Origin: a virus
UHGV virus genome: UHGV-0197549
Length of the DNA: 64,000 bases
Direction: 5' to 3' (one strand)
Shown here one piece after another: positions 18,126 through 28,140 of this stretch. The translations under genes and the position numbers were made by a program. The notes beneath the pieces were generated by a model. The model had not been told where the DNA came from and made no database searches. It was given only the letters and a program-made list of their open reading frames with translations. How positions within the stretch are numbered: the first letter of the stretch is position 1; every line of letters starts with the position of its first letter.

Positions 18126-19442
18126 CTATAATGATGCGACCAAAGTATTGTACACAGCCCGTCTTGTCAATATGGCATTCTGCATACAGCCAAGGGTCAG
18201 ATACCCCGGGATGCCCCCCACGGTCTTGCCCCGGTTGGCTTTAACGTTACGCCCCAGCCCCCGGACTATGCAACCGTCACTCTTTGTTTTGACGTACCCT
18301 AAGCCGCCCACCTTGCGCTTTCCAGTCTGCACCGCTCTCAGGCAGTCCATCACGAACTTGTTTAATTCGTCGAGGTCTTTCCTCACGTTGCATACCGGAA
18401 GTATCTGCGTAGCCCAGCTAAACTCCCCGTTACCTTTGTAGAGGTAGCGGTTTACAGCGTTAATGGCTTTTGTCAGCGTTATTCCCGGCTTGCGGATTGT
18501 GCGTTTCTCTATTTCATGCTGAAACGTTTTGATACGGCTGGAGGATAAGGAGATCATGCTGCCTTTGATACTGAACCCAAGAAACTTGAACCACTTGTCC
18601 ATAGTCAAATATTCAACCTTCTTCGGGTTTAGCTTCATCGTCTTCTCTTCCAACCGGCTCTGGAGCACGCTCATGGCTTTCCCGTATTCTTCCCCGACAA
18701 ACAACATGTCGTCAGAGTATCGTGTGTAGAAACCATCCATTTGAGACAGTTCTTCGTCAAGGTCATACAGCAATACATCGGCAAGCCAGCTTGCCACAGC
18801 GCACCCTTGCTTGAGGGACTGGTATTGACGCAGGAGGTTGTTATCCTCATCGAAGTATAAATCACAGTGGTAGTATTTCCGCAGCACATCAATCAAAGCG
18901 GAATGACCATGCTGCGCTTCCACCTTGTCGAACGCTTCGTCTATGTATTGAACAGGCACACTATCGAAATATTTGCTGAGGTCTGATTTCCAGCCAAAGT
19001 ATCCGTCTTTTTCAGTGGCTACCATTTTATTACTGACTTCGGTCACAACCTTACCACAACCAATCTTTGTTTGGTAGGATTTACACGAGACATGAACCAT
19101 CTCGGGCATCAGATCGAAAAGCAAGTCATTGGCGATGCTTAATATCACCCGGTCAATGGGTTCATTCACGTAAACCGTGCGGAACTCACCGTTTTCTTTT
19201 GGTATCTGGGCGGTGTGGGGAGGTGAAATCTCATACTTACCCTTCCTCATGGCATCAGCAATCGCTATCCGGGTGTTCTCGCCGGTCAGCAATATAAGCT
19301 GGTCCTTCCGAATGTCCTTACCTACACCTTTCTCTATGGCTTTCGTCCACCGGTCAATATCGAAGAACATCTGTAAAATCTTGTCAATCTTATCTATCTT
19401 GTCTGGCATAATCCGTAGTGTTGGTTTCTTTTGTAATATCAC
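18126..19442 (-). CDS. reverse transcriptase (RT domains 0-7 plus thumb; group II/retron-like; family undetermined)
   Basis: IPKENGEFRTV (motif 1), EPIDRVILSIANDLL (2), DLSKYFDSV (3), LKQGCAVASWLADVLLYDLD (4), YTRYSDD (YxDD, motif 5), LNPKKVEY (6), FKFLGF (7); thumb-like AINAVNRYLYKG. Confidence 0.85.
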   Translation of the reverse strand: MILQKKPTLRIMPDKIDKIDKILQMFFDIDRWTKAIEKGVGKDIRKDQLILLTGENTRIAIADAMRKGKYEISPPHTAQIPKENGEFRTVYVNEPIDRVILSIANDLLFDLMPEMVHVSCKSYQTKIGCGKVVTEVSNKMVATEKDGYFGWKSDLSKYFDSVPVQYIDEAFDKVEAQHGHSALIDVLRKYYHCDLYFDEDNNLLRQYQSLKQGCAVASWLADVLLYDLDEELSQMDGFYTRYSDDMLFVGEEYGKAMSVLQSRLEEKTMKLNPKKVEYLTMDKWFKFLGFSIKGSMISLSSSRIKTFQHEIEKRTIRKPGITLTKAINAVNRYLYKGNGEFSWATQILPVCNVRKDLDELNKFVMDCLRAVQTGKRKVGGLGYVKTKSDGCIVRGLGRNVKANRGKTVGGIPGYLTLGCMQNAILTRRAVYNTLVASL

Positions 19443-19902
19443 TCTTGTCTAAGATTATTCTCACTCCATTGACCATCCCCAAATGCCTTAAATACACTTC
19501 GTCGGGATAAACATGTCTTTCATCGCCGCCGTGTATTTTCATGGTATGGGAGCCGTCTATTTGAATATCGGTCCGGCCATATCCTGACGGAAACTTTTCA
19601 CCAACGAACACAAGCCTCTCAATGTGGGTATGCGCATCCGACACACATACAATATGGCATCCGTCTGTCCGGAGAAGGTGCTTATACTCCGGCTTCATCC
19701 GTTTCTCTCTGCACTCTTCAAGTTCTGCGGCAATATCAACATCACGACCAAAGTTTCTGCCTTTATAAATCGGAAGAGATAATTCATAATATCTTTGGGT
19801 ATTATTGGTTGATACCAATTTTGCTGTAATTTCTTTCATTTTTATTCTTATTTCAGTTCCACAATCTGATTGGCATTGCCACAAAGAGCACTGCGTAACC
19901 AT
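19390..19902 (-). CDS. hypothetical protein with weak metallophosphoesterase C-terminal-like motifs; overlaps the RT start
   Basis: CVSDAHTH...FVGEKFPSGYGR resembles GHTH...iNPGS; N-terminal phosphoesterase motifs absent; 3' end overlaps the RT start codon. Confidence 0.4.
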   Translation of the reverse strand: MVTQCSLWQCQSDCGTEIRIKMKEITAKLVSTNNTQRYYELSLPIYKGRNFGRDVDIAAELEECREKRMKPEYKHLLRTDGCHIVCVSDAHTHIERLVFVGEKFPSGYGRTDIQIDGSHTMKIHGGDERHVYPDEVYLRHLGMVNGVRIILDKSDITKETNTTDYARQDR

Positions 19903-19905
19903 TTT

Positions 19906-20328
19906 TTATGATTCCAATATCCGCTCAAAACTATTTATCTCTGTCACGATGAAATCCTCACACCCAAAAGCTGCCAGCGATTTGAGCCCGTTCAAAGATT
20001 GGCAGTAGAAAAACATGTCGTCATCCTCGCCGGTATCTCCCGAGAGCTGGATTTTTACCTCTTGGCTACCGTCCGTGTCCTTCCACACAATTTCGCAGTT
20101 CGCATAATGTGGCTCCTTGCCGTTATTCTTGACGAACTCATCAAACTTCTTCTGCATTTCCACCTGTATCTCGTCCGTGTCGGATATGATGACTCCCGTT
20201 TTGCAGTTCTCGCACCAACCGTACAGGAATGCTTCATCGGTATAATTCTGAAATTCCTTAGTGTTGGGATTTATCATGGCTTCACAGGAAACATCCGTGC
20301 CGCTGCATCTTGTGCATATTACATTCAT
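19906..20328 (-). CDS. zinc-ribbon protein with acidic C-terminus
   Basis: CTRCSG...WCENC; 4-bp spacing to the downstream gene. Confidence 0.45.
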   Translation of the reverse strand: MNVICTRCSGTDVSCEAMINPNTKEFQNYTDEAFLYGWCENCKTGVIISDTDEIQVEMQKKFDEFVKNNGKEPHYANCEIVWKDTDGSQEVKIQLSGDTGEDDDMFFYCQSLNGLKSLAAFGCEDFIVTEINSFERILES

Positions 20329-20359
20329 ATTCTTTTTCTTTGTGTTATTTGTTTATAAG

Positions 20360-20929
20360 TTAATTACCATTGCTATCATCGCTGCCATCAATCCCTTTCA
20401 GGTATGATTTAGGCAGAATCCTCACTATGCCGATAAGATATTCGATATTTCTATTACCGTAGTAACCGCTCATATCGAAGCGGTAGACAGGCGTTTTAGA
20501 GCGTCCATTTTTACCATCCAGACGAAAACAGGAAGGCAGCTTCTTTTTATCCTTGAATAAAATGCCACAAGCCTCTTGTGCGTCGTAGTTGTAATTTCTC
20601 ATCAGATAATTAATGTCAGACAATACCTGCAAAACCTCTTTGTTTTCTTTCAGGAAGAGCATTACTTTTTGTGTGCTGTTCCCGTTCTGCCACTCTTTAA
20701 ATTTGCAGGGCGTTCCCCTTTGGATAGAGGCGGCACGTTTCAACAGTTCTTCCTTATAGTCTCCCTCAAAATGATACGTACATTTATACCCGTGTTCATT
20801 TACCCTTTCAGCAACATATATATCATGATTGGCCGTATACCGGGTACGTCCAACCTTTCCGCTTCCGGAAATTATGGCAGTGTCTAATATGTTTGCCAGT
20901 TGCTTCTTTAAAGACATTTTACTTTTCAT
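20360..20929 (-). CDS. hypothetical protein (189 aa), first gene of the RT operon
   Basis: ORF; 32-bp gap to the next gene. Confidence 0.45.
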   Translation of the reverse strand: MKSKMSLKKQLANILDTAIISGSGKVGRTRYTANHDIYVAERVNEHGYKCTYHFEGDYKEELLKRAASIQRGTPCKFKEWQNGNSTQKVMLFLKENKEVLQVLSDINYLMRNYNYDAQEACGILFKDKKKLPSCFRLDGKNGRSKTPVYRFDMSGYYGNRNIEYLIGIVRILPKSYLKGIDGSDDSNGN

Positions 20930-20951
20930 GGTCTATTCCTTTCTGCGTTTA

Positions 20952-21161
20952 TCAACAAATTCTTATGTCATAGTCTTTGAAATAGTATTCCAGTTCTTTT
21001 AGCCCTTCCAGACTATGTAGAACATTCTTTCCGGTCACTGAGATATCTACAGATACACAGTATTCTTTTTGTATTTCAACTTCTGAACTATCGAAAACTT
21101 TTTTTACGCAATTGACAATATCAGAGGCGCTTAGTTTGTTTTTTACGATATTAAGTACCAT
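20952..21161 (-). CDS. small hypothetical protein (69 aa)
   Basis: ORF. Confidence 0.3.
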   Translation of the reverse strand: MVLNIVKNKLSASDIVNCVKKVFDSSEVEIQKEYCVSVDISVTGKNVLHSLEGLKELEYYFKDYDIRIC

Positions 21162-21429
21162 TTGTTTAATTTTTTAAGTTCTGATTTATTCGTTGTCACC
21201 CAGCACTCCTTCGCGGACAGACCCATATTTCATGTCATACTGAGGCAGGCGTAACGCAACCCTGCGAGTGAATAAGGTTTCACCAATCCCGTAACCTCTT
21301 TCAGATTTCCTTTCGGCGGCACATTCTCAAAGGGTTTGCATCGAAAACTAAGCCCTGCGCAATATTATCTTCGTGACTGTTTTCAAGATAGAATTAAATT
21401 TGAAGAACTTCCAAATAACTGTTATTTGG

Positions 21430-22539
21430 TTATTTGTTTGCAGTTTTACGCAAGTTGCCATATAAGGGGTGAGTGCTCCGTTTCTTACGACCGGATGCCA
21501 TCTCCTTCATGACCGCCTTGTATATATTGTCGAAGTCTTCTTTCTTCAAGCGTGGGAAGAAGTCCGCATAGATAACCTCGAATACGCTAAGCCTGCCGTC
21601 CGGATTCAAAGAGAAGAAACTTCTCATTCTATCTTTTGCCTCTGCGAGTTGCCTCCGGGTGCAAGCTTCGGCAGCTTCCTTGATTGCCTTGGAGGGTTTG
21701 TTTTGCTTCCGTGTGTTTGGCTCGGCATACCGCTTTTCCGAACGAGGGAGAAAAGCATCGGAGAAAAAATCGGATCTGTAATCCCGACGCTGGGGACGCA
21801 CTTCCTTATGAGTGTATACTTCACGGCAGTTCTCAACGATATGCTCCACAAGTGTGAGGCATTTCTTCAGATCGGCTATGTTTGTCATTTCGTGGGGAGT
21901 GTGCGGGTAATAATAACCGCATGAGATGTTAGCGCATGATATTTCCAGTCCTCTTTGGCGTAAGGTCTGGACATCGGTTTGCATCCCGCGTTCTTCCTTA
22001 TATCCATGCTCCCCGAGGGAAGCATCTTTTATAAACTGGGATGAGCAAAGAGGATTGCCGTAGATGTTGCTGATAAAGTCACTGTTCCCTTTTCGGTCGC
22101 ATTGGAGTACGAACCGGCAGTCATCGAAGAACTTCATGTCCGCCTGATGACTGCCGATACATCCTTGTTCCTCACCAACAAAGAATACACATTTCAGGTT
22201 ATCGAATTTCTCTAAGCATTTCAGACATACCCAGATGCCGTTCTTGTCATCAGCCCCGATACCGTTGAACTCACGTTTCCCGCTGTTGAAGCCGATAATG
22301 AACTCATCCCTGACAACCAGGACTTCGTAACCTTTTTCCCTCGCCTCATGCACTTCGTCCAGATGGGCGGCAATGCACGGGTAAGTATCAGCGTTGCCTT
22401 TGGTGGCATAGATATTACCAGTTTCGTCTACGGTAAAGGTTACGCCGAGGTCTGATAATCTTTGGGAAACGAACGCGATCATGTCTTTTTCCTGATGCGT
22501 GCGGGCTGAGATGCCATATAGTTCTTTCAATAATTCCAT
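21430..22539 (-). CDS. M20/M28/M42-type metallopeptidase-like protein with C-terminal basic extension
   Basis: Metal-ligand pattern AAHLDEV (HxD) ... GADDKNG ... GEEQG. Confidence 0.5.
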   Translation of the reverse strand: MELLKELYGISARTHQEKDMIAFVSQRLSDLGVTFTVDETGNIYATKGNADTYPCIAAHLDEVHEAREKGYEVLVVRDEFIIGFNSGKREFNGIGADDKNGIWVCLKCLEKFDNLKCVFFVGEEQGCIGSHQADMKFFDDCRFVLQCDRKGNSDFISNIYGNPLCSSQFIKDASLGEHGYKEERGMQTDVQTLRQRGLEISCANISCGYYYPHTPHEMTNIADLKKCLTLVEHIVENCREVYTHKEVRPQRRDYRSDFFSDAFLPRSEKRYAEPNTRKQNKPSKAIKEAAEACTRRQLAEAKDRMRSFFSLNPDGRLSVFEVIYADFFPRLKKEDFDNIYKAVMKEMASGRKKRSTHPLYGNLRKTANK

Positions 22540-22597
22540 GATGTATGTTTTTAATTTTTTGTTGGTGAGGATTCTTATATAACTGAACTGTGGGAGA

Positions 22598-23830
22598 CTA
22601 AGCCGTTATAAACAGCTTGGCGATTTGGAGGTTAAGTTCCAGATGTGCGGACGGTCTGCCTTTCTCGAAGAAACTGGCGGGATATTTCACGTCGTTGTAG
22701 CTCTTGACTTTATCCATCAGCATATCACCGAATATGGTTTTTGTGATAAGTCTTTTTTTGCATGTATAACACAAGTATTCACTATCGGTATGCACATCAC
22801 CGCAGTTTGGGCAGATATACCTGCATTGAGTGGCGATACCGGAAGTATTCTGGCACGTAGCTACACATCTTTCTGTTGATTCATTGGACAATTGCACTTT
22901 GCCGTCTTCAGTAATATTCACATAACAGAAGGTATCCAGGTAGGGCGTTCCTTTCTTATGCCATTTGGTGGCAGGTACGCAAATATTCAGGTTTTGGTCT
23001 ATTCTATCGCCTACCTCCATATCCACGCCTTCTATGGGGTTTAACACAGTAAACTGTATTCTGTGGGAGTAATCGTTATGTGTCTTTCTCAGGTTGATGC
23101 CGTTTTTCCGGGCATATTGGTATATCAGCTTCATCACAAAAGAGTGAGAATAGTACACCCGGTCTAATACGGACACTTCTTTTTCTTCCCCATCAAACTT
23201 TCCGACTGCCTTCTTCCAGACAATAGCACGTCCCAGCACATTATTTTCTGAATCTCTGGCGACAAGGACGCTTGCACCGGCAAAGTTGGAGTAGAAATCC
23301 CCCAGTCTGTATACGAGGTTGGAATATCTCATGCAGGAATTATGTAACACGCTGTTGTCACCATATTGGGCGAATGGAACATAGTTGTCGGCAATATAGG
23401 CATCAATGAAATCGTTCATCTTGTCATACAGTTTAATCTCCACCTTGCTGCTGACACAGATAGCGTTTGAGAAGTATTCAATGTCTTCACTGGAATAATC
23501 AGGCAAGTCCTTGAAATAGCTGATGAAAGTGGACGGCTCCAACTTGGTTCTGTTTTCCTCAAACCACGGCGCACGGGGATTCAGTCTGTCCGGGAAGTTC
23601 TCATTGTTCAGGTCTTTGGTACACGCCGACAATATAATCTTCATTTTGGTATATTCACCGGCATTGCTTTTAACTCGTTTGGAGTTGAAGTAGTTGGCTG
23701 TACCACGGATAACTTCCGTCACATCCTTGTTTTGTCTGAGTACTTCCAGAATGTCTGTTGCAATTACACTACCGTTGATTGATGCGAAATTAAGACGTGC
23801 TTTCAGCTCGTCATTTACGATTGTCTTCAT
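22598..23830 (-). CDS. hypothetical protein with C-terminal Cys-cluster zinc finger
   Basis: CRYICPNCG...CYTCKK. Confidence 0.5.
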   Translation of the reverse strand: MKTIVNDELKARLNFASINGSVIATDILEVLRQNKDVTEVIRGTANYFNSKRVKSNAGEYTKMKIILSACTKDLNNENFPDRLNPRAPWFEENRTKLEPSTFISYFKDLPDYSSEDIEYFSNAICVSSKVEIKLYDKMNDFIDAYIADNYVPFAQYGDNSVLHNSCMRYSNLVYRLGDFYSNFAGASVLVARDSENNVLGRAIVWKKAVGKFDGEEKEVSVLDRVYYSHSFVMKLIYQYARKNGINLRKTHNDYSHRIQFTVLNPIEGVDMEVGDRIDQNLNICVPATKWHKKGTPYLDTFCYVNITEDGKVQLSNESTERCVATCQNTSGIATQCRYICPNCGDVHTDSEYLCYTCKKRLITKTIFGDMLMDKVKSYNDVKYPASFFEKGRPSAHLELNLQIAKLFITA

Positions 23831-23887
23831 ACTTGTTTGATTTTAATTATTAATTGGTGATTAGTTATGATTCTTGTTGATTTCTTG

Positions 23888-24688
23888 TTATTTATGATTC
23901 AGTAATTCCTTGAGTAGTTTCGCCTCCGGGGAACGAAGAAGTTTGAGAGCCGCCTTGAGCTTGTCCGGTTTATCCTTGTAATAGTTCGTGAAGTAGCTAA
24001 TCTGCCGCTTCTTCACCAGAGCATATTTCTTCTGGATAATCGCTTCGACGGGGATGTACAGGCTATCACCTTCTTCGTTCACCTCCAGATAAACCTCATA
24101 CCCTTTGCGGTGGTAGCTTATCGGATATATTTTGAACTTCGACTCACACACCACATATTTCTTTTTAGTCGTGATCGGTAAGTCGTACCTTGCCGTGCGG
24201 AACGTCATGTTGCCATACTCCGCGATAATTTGGGCAAGCGTCATGTCCATCACCTGCAACTCAACCGTCCTTTCCGCAGTAAAGTCAGGGTGGAGAAATA
24301 TTTCGGGATAGCGTTTCTCAAGGAAGTAGCGGACAATTTTACTCTCCGCCTCGCCGATACACTGGGATGACACCGCATAGGCTGAGTAGTTGGTAAAGTA
24401 GGCATTGCCGTACTTGTCAAATTCCCTGCGCACCGCCGCATTATCCAGAATGGGCACACCGTAATGGTAGCCTTTGGGGTTAAAGTATTCGATGTCGAAC
24501 AGTTGGTTGTTCTGCAAATTCAACTCGCCGCAAGCCGCAAAATATTCGTCAGGCGTGACGCCAAGCATGTCACCAAGCTCACCGATTGCCGGGAGAACTT
24601 GTACGTACTTCGCCAGTTCAAGGGAGTTGATGTCAATCCCGACATGGCTCTCGAAGTTGCAGCGAGTTGTAGTATCATATAGTTTCAT
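23888..24688 (-). CDS. hypothetical protein (266 aa)
   Basis: ORF. Confidence 0.45.
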   Translation of the reverse strand: MKLYDTTTRCNFESHVGIDINSLELAKYVQVLPAIGELGDMLGVTPDEYFAACGELNLQNNQLFDIEYFNPKGYHYGVPILDNAAVRREFDKYGNAYFTNYSAYAVSSQCIGEAESKIVRYFLEKRYPEIFLHPDFTAERTVELQVMDMTLAQIIAEYGNMTFRTARYDLPITTKKKYVVCESKFKIYPISYHRKGYEVYLEVNEEGDSLYIPVEAIIQKKYALVKKRQISYFTNYYKDKPDKLKAALKLLRSPEAKLLKELLNHK

Positions 24689-24824
24689 ACCGTTGATTTT
24701 TATCGTTGATTACTATTTGTTGGTAATTCGGGTATATTCCATCCGTTTATCAGGTGTAGGCATAACTCGCCATGAAGCGGGTGAAAGCGAACGTGAAGTT
24801 TAAACTTCATTAACATTTTGCGGC

Positions 24825-25076
24825 TTAGAATGGTATATCGTGATAACCTACCCAATTGCCGTCCTTGTCGTAGTTGAGCGGGAACAGCTTCTTTTGGCAC
24901 TCAGGGCACATACCCGATATGATTGTCTCACGCTCAGGCATAGTCAGATACGGGAAGCAGTTCTGCGCCGGACTGCGCCCCTTTACTCGCTTGTTGTAGT
25001 CTTCTTCACGCACATAGATTACAGTGACCTTACCACACTGGTGGCAAAGCCGCTCTACCGGATAATTTCTTTCCAT
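24825..25076 (-). CDS. small zinc-ribbon protein
   Basis: CHQCG...CPECQKK. Confidence 0.4.
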   Translation of the reverse strand: MERNYPVERLCHQCGKVTVIYVREEDYNKRVKGRSPAQNCFPYLTMPERETIISGMCPECQKKLFPLNYDKDGNWVGYHDIPF

Positions 25077-25310
25077 TGCTATATCGTATTAAGTTGTTAC
25101 TCGTTATTGCCACCTATCCTCGCCAAACGGGAGGATAACACCGGGGCATAGCTCACGCAGTTAAGAGTGATTGAAGCGGCCCTGCCGCACTATGCCAGCC
25201 GTGTTATGAAGTGGATGCGGCATCCTCACGACGCCAAGAAGTATATTGAAGTAAATTAGAAGCTAATCGCATTGTAAATATATTTCACAAAACAAGACAC
25301 AAGAATAACG

Positions 25311-25724
25311 TCATCGTGTCCTCATGTGGTATATTTCGCTCTTCACCGTGCAGCCGTGTTTGTCCTGGGTGAAACGGTTTACTTGCAGGAACTTTACCGG
25401 TACAAGCTTCACCACGGTACGTCCGTCCAGTTCACCACACGTGGCTGCTACGTCACCGATGCGGTTAAGGGCGTCACACTTTTGGCGTACCGATTCTATG
25501 TCTTCCCAGCACAATATTCCGACGTAATCCGCCTGGACATCGACGTGGAACACGTCATAGAACAGGACATTATTCACCCTATACTTCACCGTGTTCACGC
25601 CCAGATATTTCTGGCGCGAGTGTATGTTGAATGTATTAGGCTTTGCTTTACACGAACGTTTGACACGTCCAAGCTGGGAGATGTAGTCCACCGGCTTATA
25701 TAGTTGGTATCCCATGATATTCAT
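25311..25724 (-). CDS. hypothetical protein (137 aa)
   Basis: ORF. Confidence 0.4.
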   Translation of the reverse strand: MNIMGYQLYKPVDYISQLGRVKRSCKAKPNTFNIHSRQKYLGVNTVKYRVNNVLFYDVFHVDVQADYVGILCWEDIESVRQKCDALNRIGDVAATCGELDGRTVVKLVPVKFLQVNRFTQDKHGCTVKSEIYHMRTR

Positions 25725-25743
25725 TTGATTTGATTATAATTTG

Positions 25744-25822
25744 CACACACCGGAGGAATCGAACCTCCGGGCTATGCCGCACCACCGGATAAGAGGTATC
25801 CGGTATGTTCACCGTGTGTGGG
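25744..25822 (-). ncRNA. non-canonical tRNA-like element (acceptor-like terminal helix plus canonical T-arm, no D-arm)
   Basis: Minus strand: CACACAC...GGAGG-TTCGATT-CCTCC-G-GTGTGTG; T-loop TTCGATT is canonical; the second hairpin CCGGATA-cctct-TATCCGG is not a valid anticodon arm. Confidence 0.4.
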
Positions 25823-25831
25823 TAGGTTACA

Positions 25832-26554
25832 TTATGCCACTTCCGCAAGTACTTGAACTTGTTCCGTTTTCGCCTTAGCTTCCGCCGTGGTTTTCGTCGT
25901 AGGTTTCGCCTTAGTCTTGGTTTTCTTAGCTCCGGTTACCCTGACATTCTTAGCTTCCTTAGCTTCGGTGTTCTCTTTATCAGCATCCACCAAAGCTTTA
26001 GAAATCAGCGTATCAATATTTAACAATTTCCATGCGCTTTCAGCCACTTTATAGCAATGCGCTTTCAGTTCCTTGTTTGTTGTGAAATCTTCACGCACCT
26101 TTGACTTTGGGGTAAGTCCGACTTTCCCCTCAACCAAATCCAAATTGTATTCGGCTGTATCAAAGACTTTTTTTCCTGCAAGGTACATAGCGACGTCGAA
26201 GCGGTCTAAGTTTCTGAACAAGTTACCGCTTTTCAAGCTCTCATGCGAACATTTCTCAATCTCAAACTTCATTTTCCACGTGTTGAAATACATGGATTTC
26301 CAAGCGTTAAGAAGCTCGTCCTTTGTGGGGATAGCTTTTGCGGCAAACAATTCTACTCGTTTGAGCACAATAAACCTGTCGGATTTCTTGTCACGTAAAA
26401 CTACGTTGGATAACGGCATAGCTTCGATTAATCCCAGGAATTGTACTGTGGTTAATACACTTACATTCTGAGAATCCACGTTGTTAGTAACGGTTGAAGT
26501 TGGAGCGATTACTGAGAAATTAGACGCTGCTGTTGATGTTGTTGTTGCTTTCAT
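25832..26554 (-). CDS. hypothetical protein with histone H1-like Lys/Ala/Thr-rich C-terminal tail
   Basis: C-terminus AKKTKTKAKPTTKTTAEAKAKTE. Confidence 0.5.
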   Translation of the reverse strand: MKATTTSTAASNFSVIAPTSTVTNNVDSQNVSVLTTVQFLGLIEAMPLSNVVLRDKKSDRFIVLKRVELFAAKAIPTKDELLNAWKSMYFNTWKMKFEIEKCSHESLKSGNLFRNLDRFDVAMYLAGKKVFDTAEYNLDLVEGKVGLTPKSKVREDFTTNKELKAHCYKVAESAWKLLNIDTLISKALVDADKENTEAKEAKNVRVTGAKKTKTKAKPTTKTTAEAKAKTEQVQVLAEVA

Positions 26555-26704
26555 AATAGTACAGTTTTTACTTTGGCGACATTACCAAAGCATATTTGTT
26601 CATAAGGAAAGAGTCGAACTTTCCTCATGAATCGTCGTACTATGTACGTTGTATCAGGATAGCGTAAATTATGATACTCTGCAATTGAAAACTGAAATAT
26701 ATTT

Positions 26705-27021
26705 TACGTTCGTTTACAGAGTAACGGAAAAACGAACGTATAAAAATACATTCAGCCAAACGAAACGGATTATTCAATAAGCGAACGTTTCGTTTTATGT
26801 GAGTGAAATTTAATTCAGCTTACTACGGTTTCAGCCTCACAATGCAAAGTACTTATCTTTGCGGGTGACTTTCTACAAAGTTCTTTATTTGTTCCGTTTC
26901 GTTTCCGTTTGCGGATAAAGAACCTTTTCAAGTCGATAGTAAAAATTTGAAAGAACGATTTTTGCTTTTGCTTTTGTCCTCTCTCGTTTCCGTTTGAGAA
27001 CACAACAACAAAACGAAATAT
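26705..27021. repeat. iteron-like array of at least 7 AAACGAA(A)CG / CGTTTCGTTT motifs in both orientations
   Basis: TACGTTCGTTT-14 nt-AAACGAACGTA; AAACGAAACGG; GAACGTTTCGTTTT; TCCGTTTCGTTTCCGTTTG; CGTTTCCGTTTG repeated as an exact 12-mer; all in an AT-rich gene-free stretch. Confidence 0.6.
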
Positions 27022-27369
27022 TTATAGAACAACCAAATAAAAAGAGAAATATTTTCTATCAATATCGAAGGTAAACCCCTTAAAATCAATTCTGTACGCC
27101 TACGCGCGTAGGCAAAAGGATAAATAACTGTAAATCAATCAATTAGAACAAATGAAAATTTCTTTGATTTTTTTTGTTTTTGCCAATTAATAGTTTTTGA
27201 ACGAAAATAAGCTTACAACAAATTGTAACATAATGATACAAATTGATACAATTAATTGTTAATCAATGATTTAACACTGGTTAATATGAATGATAGTAGT
27301 TTCTAAAACAGTGATTTTAAGGTTGTTTTTTAGTTTTTGCTTTCAAATTGATAGTAGTCAATCAATTCA

Positions 27370-27398
27370 ATCCTTACTTTGTGATAAAGTAAGGATTA
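27370..27398. repeat. perfect 12-bp inverted repeat AATCCTTACTTT-gtgat-AAAGTAAGGATT
   Basis: Seen directly. Confidence 0.55.
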
Positions 27399-27652
27399 TA
27401 ACTATATGATTATCAATGATATAATAAATTTAAAAAGAACAGGGTGGGTGTTTGGGCGACTGCGGATGCCATACGCGCCCTATGGGGAATTTCCCAAGTC
27501 CGACTTTAGTAATAATTTTAAGAAGATAGACGGAAAATGAAGTGTTAAACCGTATCAATACTGAAGGGGTAAACAGTAGGTGCCGGAAAATGATACAATC
27601 GTTATAGAAAGCCATTTATAGTTTGACAAGAAATAAACTGTCTATCCCGGCA

Positions 27653-27670
27653 CTATCTATTTGGAAGCTA
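27653..27670. promoter_or_regulatory. half-site copy of the recurrent TTCCAAATAG motif (CTATTTGGAAG)
   Basis: Sequence match. Confidence 0.4.
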
Positions 27671-28140
27671 ATAATCCGGCTCTTAATTATTGATAGAACT
27701 GAAAGTGGGAGTTGAGATACTAAAATACTCTGCCAAAGCGGTGTTGAGTAAGGCGTAAGAGAAGAGAAGCCTTTACAGAAAGAGAAAGTTATGCTTCTAT
27801 ATATATAAATAGGTGTAAAGCTATCAATTCAATACTACCTGTTACATTGCAAGGAAATGGCTGCGAAGTATTGATAGGCGCGTGAATGTCCCTTTCTCGT
27901 AGTGTTTAACCATTTATTAATATTAAGTGGTGCAACTGTTAAACCGAACCTGATTTTTCAAAGAGGGCTGGAAGGGGGAGCTATATTTTTCTTTGTTCCT
28001 TATTTTCTGTTGTTCAATATATTGCCACTTGTCTATCTATCAATACTCCGCAAATCCGGAGCGCTCTCGTCTATAAGGTTCATTAACATTTGTGACGCAA
28101 GAAGCTTATGTGCGTGTTATCCGGGAACATTAATATTGCA

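Noticed and set aside
17250-19442. Diversity-generating retroelement (RT plus TR/VR)
   Set aside because: RT motif 4 is QG...S (retron/group II type), not the [IVL]G...SQ of DGR RTs. The 3' tract does not translate to an Asn/AAC-rich TR, and no matching VR copy was found at the 3' end of any gene in the window. The tail-fibre 3' end is outside the window, so a remote target cannot be fully excluded.
19390-19902. Confident metallophosphoesterase call
   Set aside because: Only C-terminal-like motifs (AHTH, FVGEKFPSGYGR) are present. The N-terminal SDxH/GD/GNHD motifs are absent, so it is listed only as a weak resemblance.
17250-19905. Group II intron (RT as intron-encoded maturase)
   Set aside because: The sequence upstream of the RT is occupied by a coding gene overlapping the RT start rather than intron domains I-III. 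The downstream hairpins do not match the domain V consensus (34-nt, AGC triad, GNRA loop).
25744-25822. Canonical tRNA gene
   Set aside because: T-arm and terminal helix are tRNA-like, but no D-arm can be drawn and the putative anticodon hairpin has a 5-nt loop or non-canonical positions 33/37. It is reported only as a tRNA-like element.
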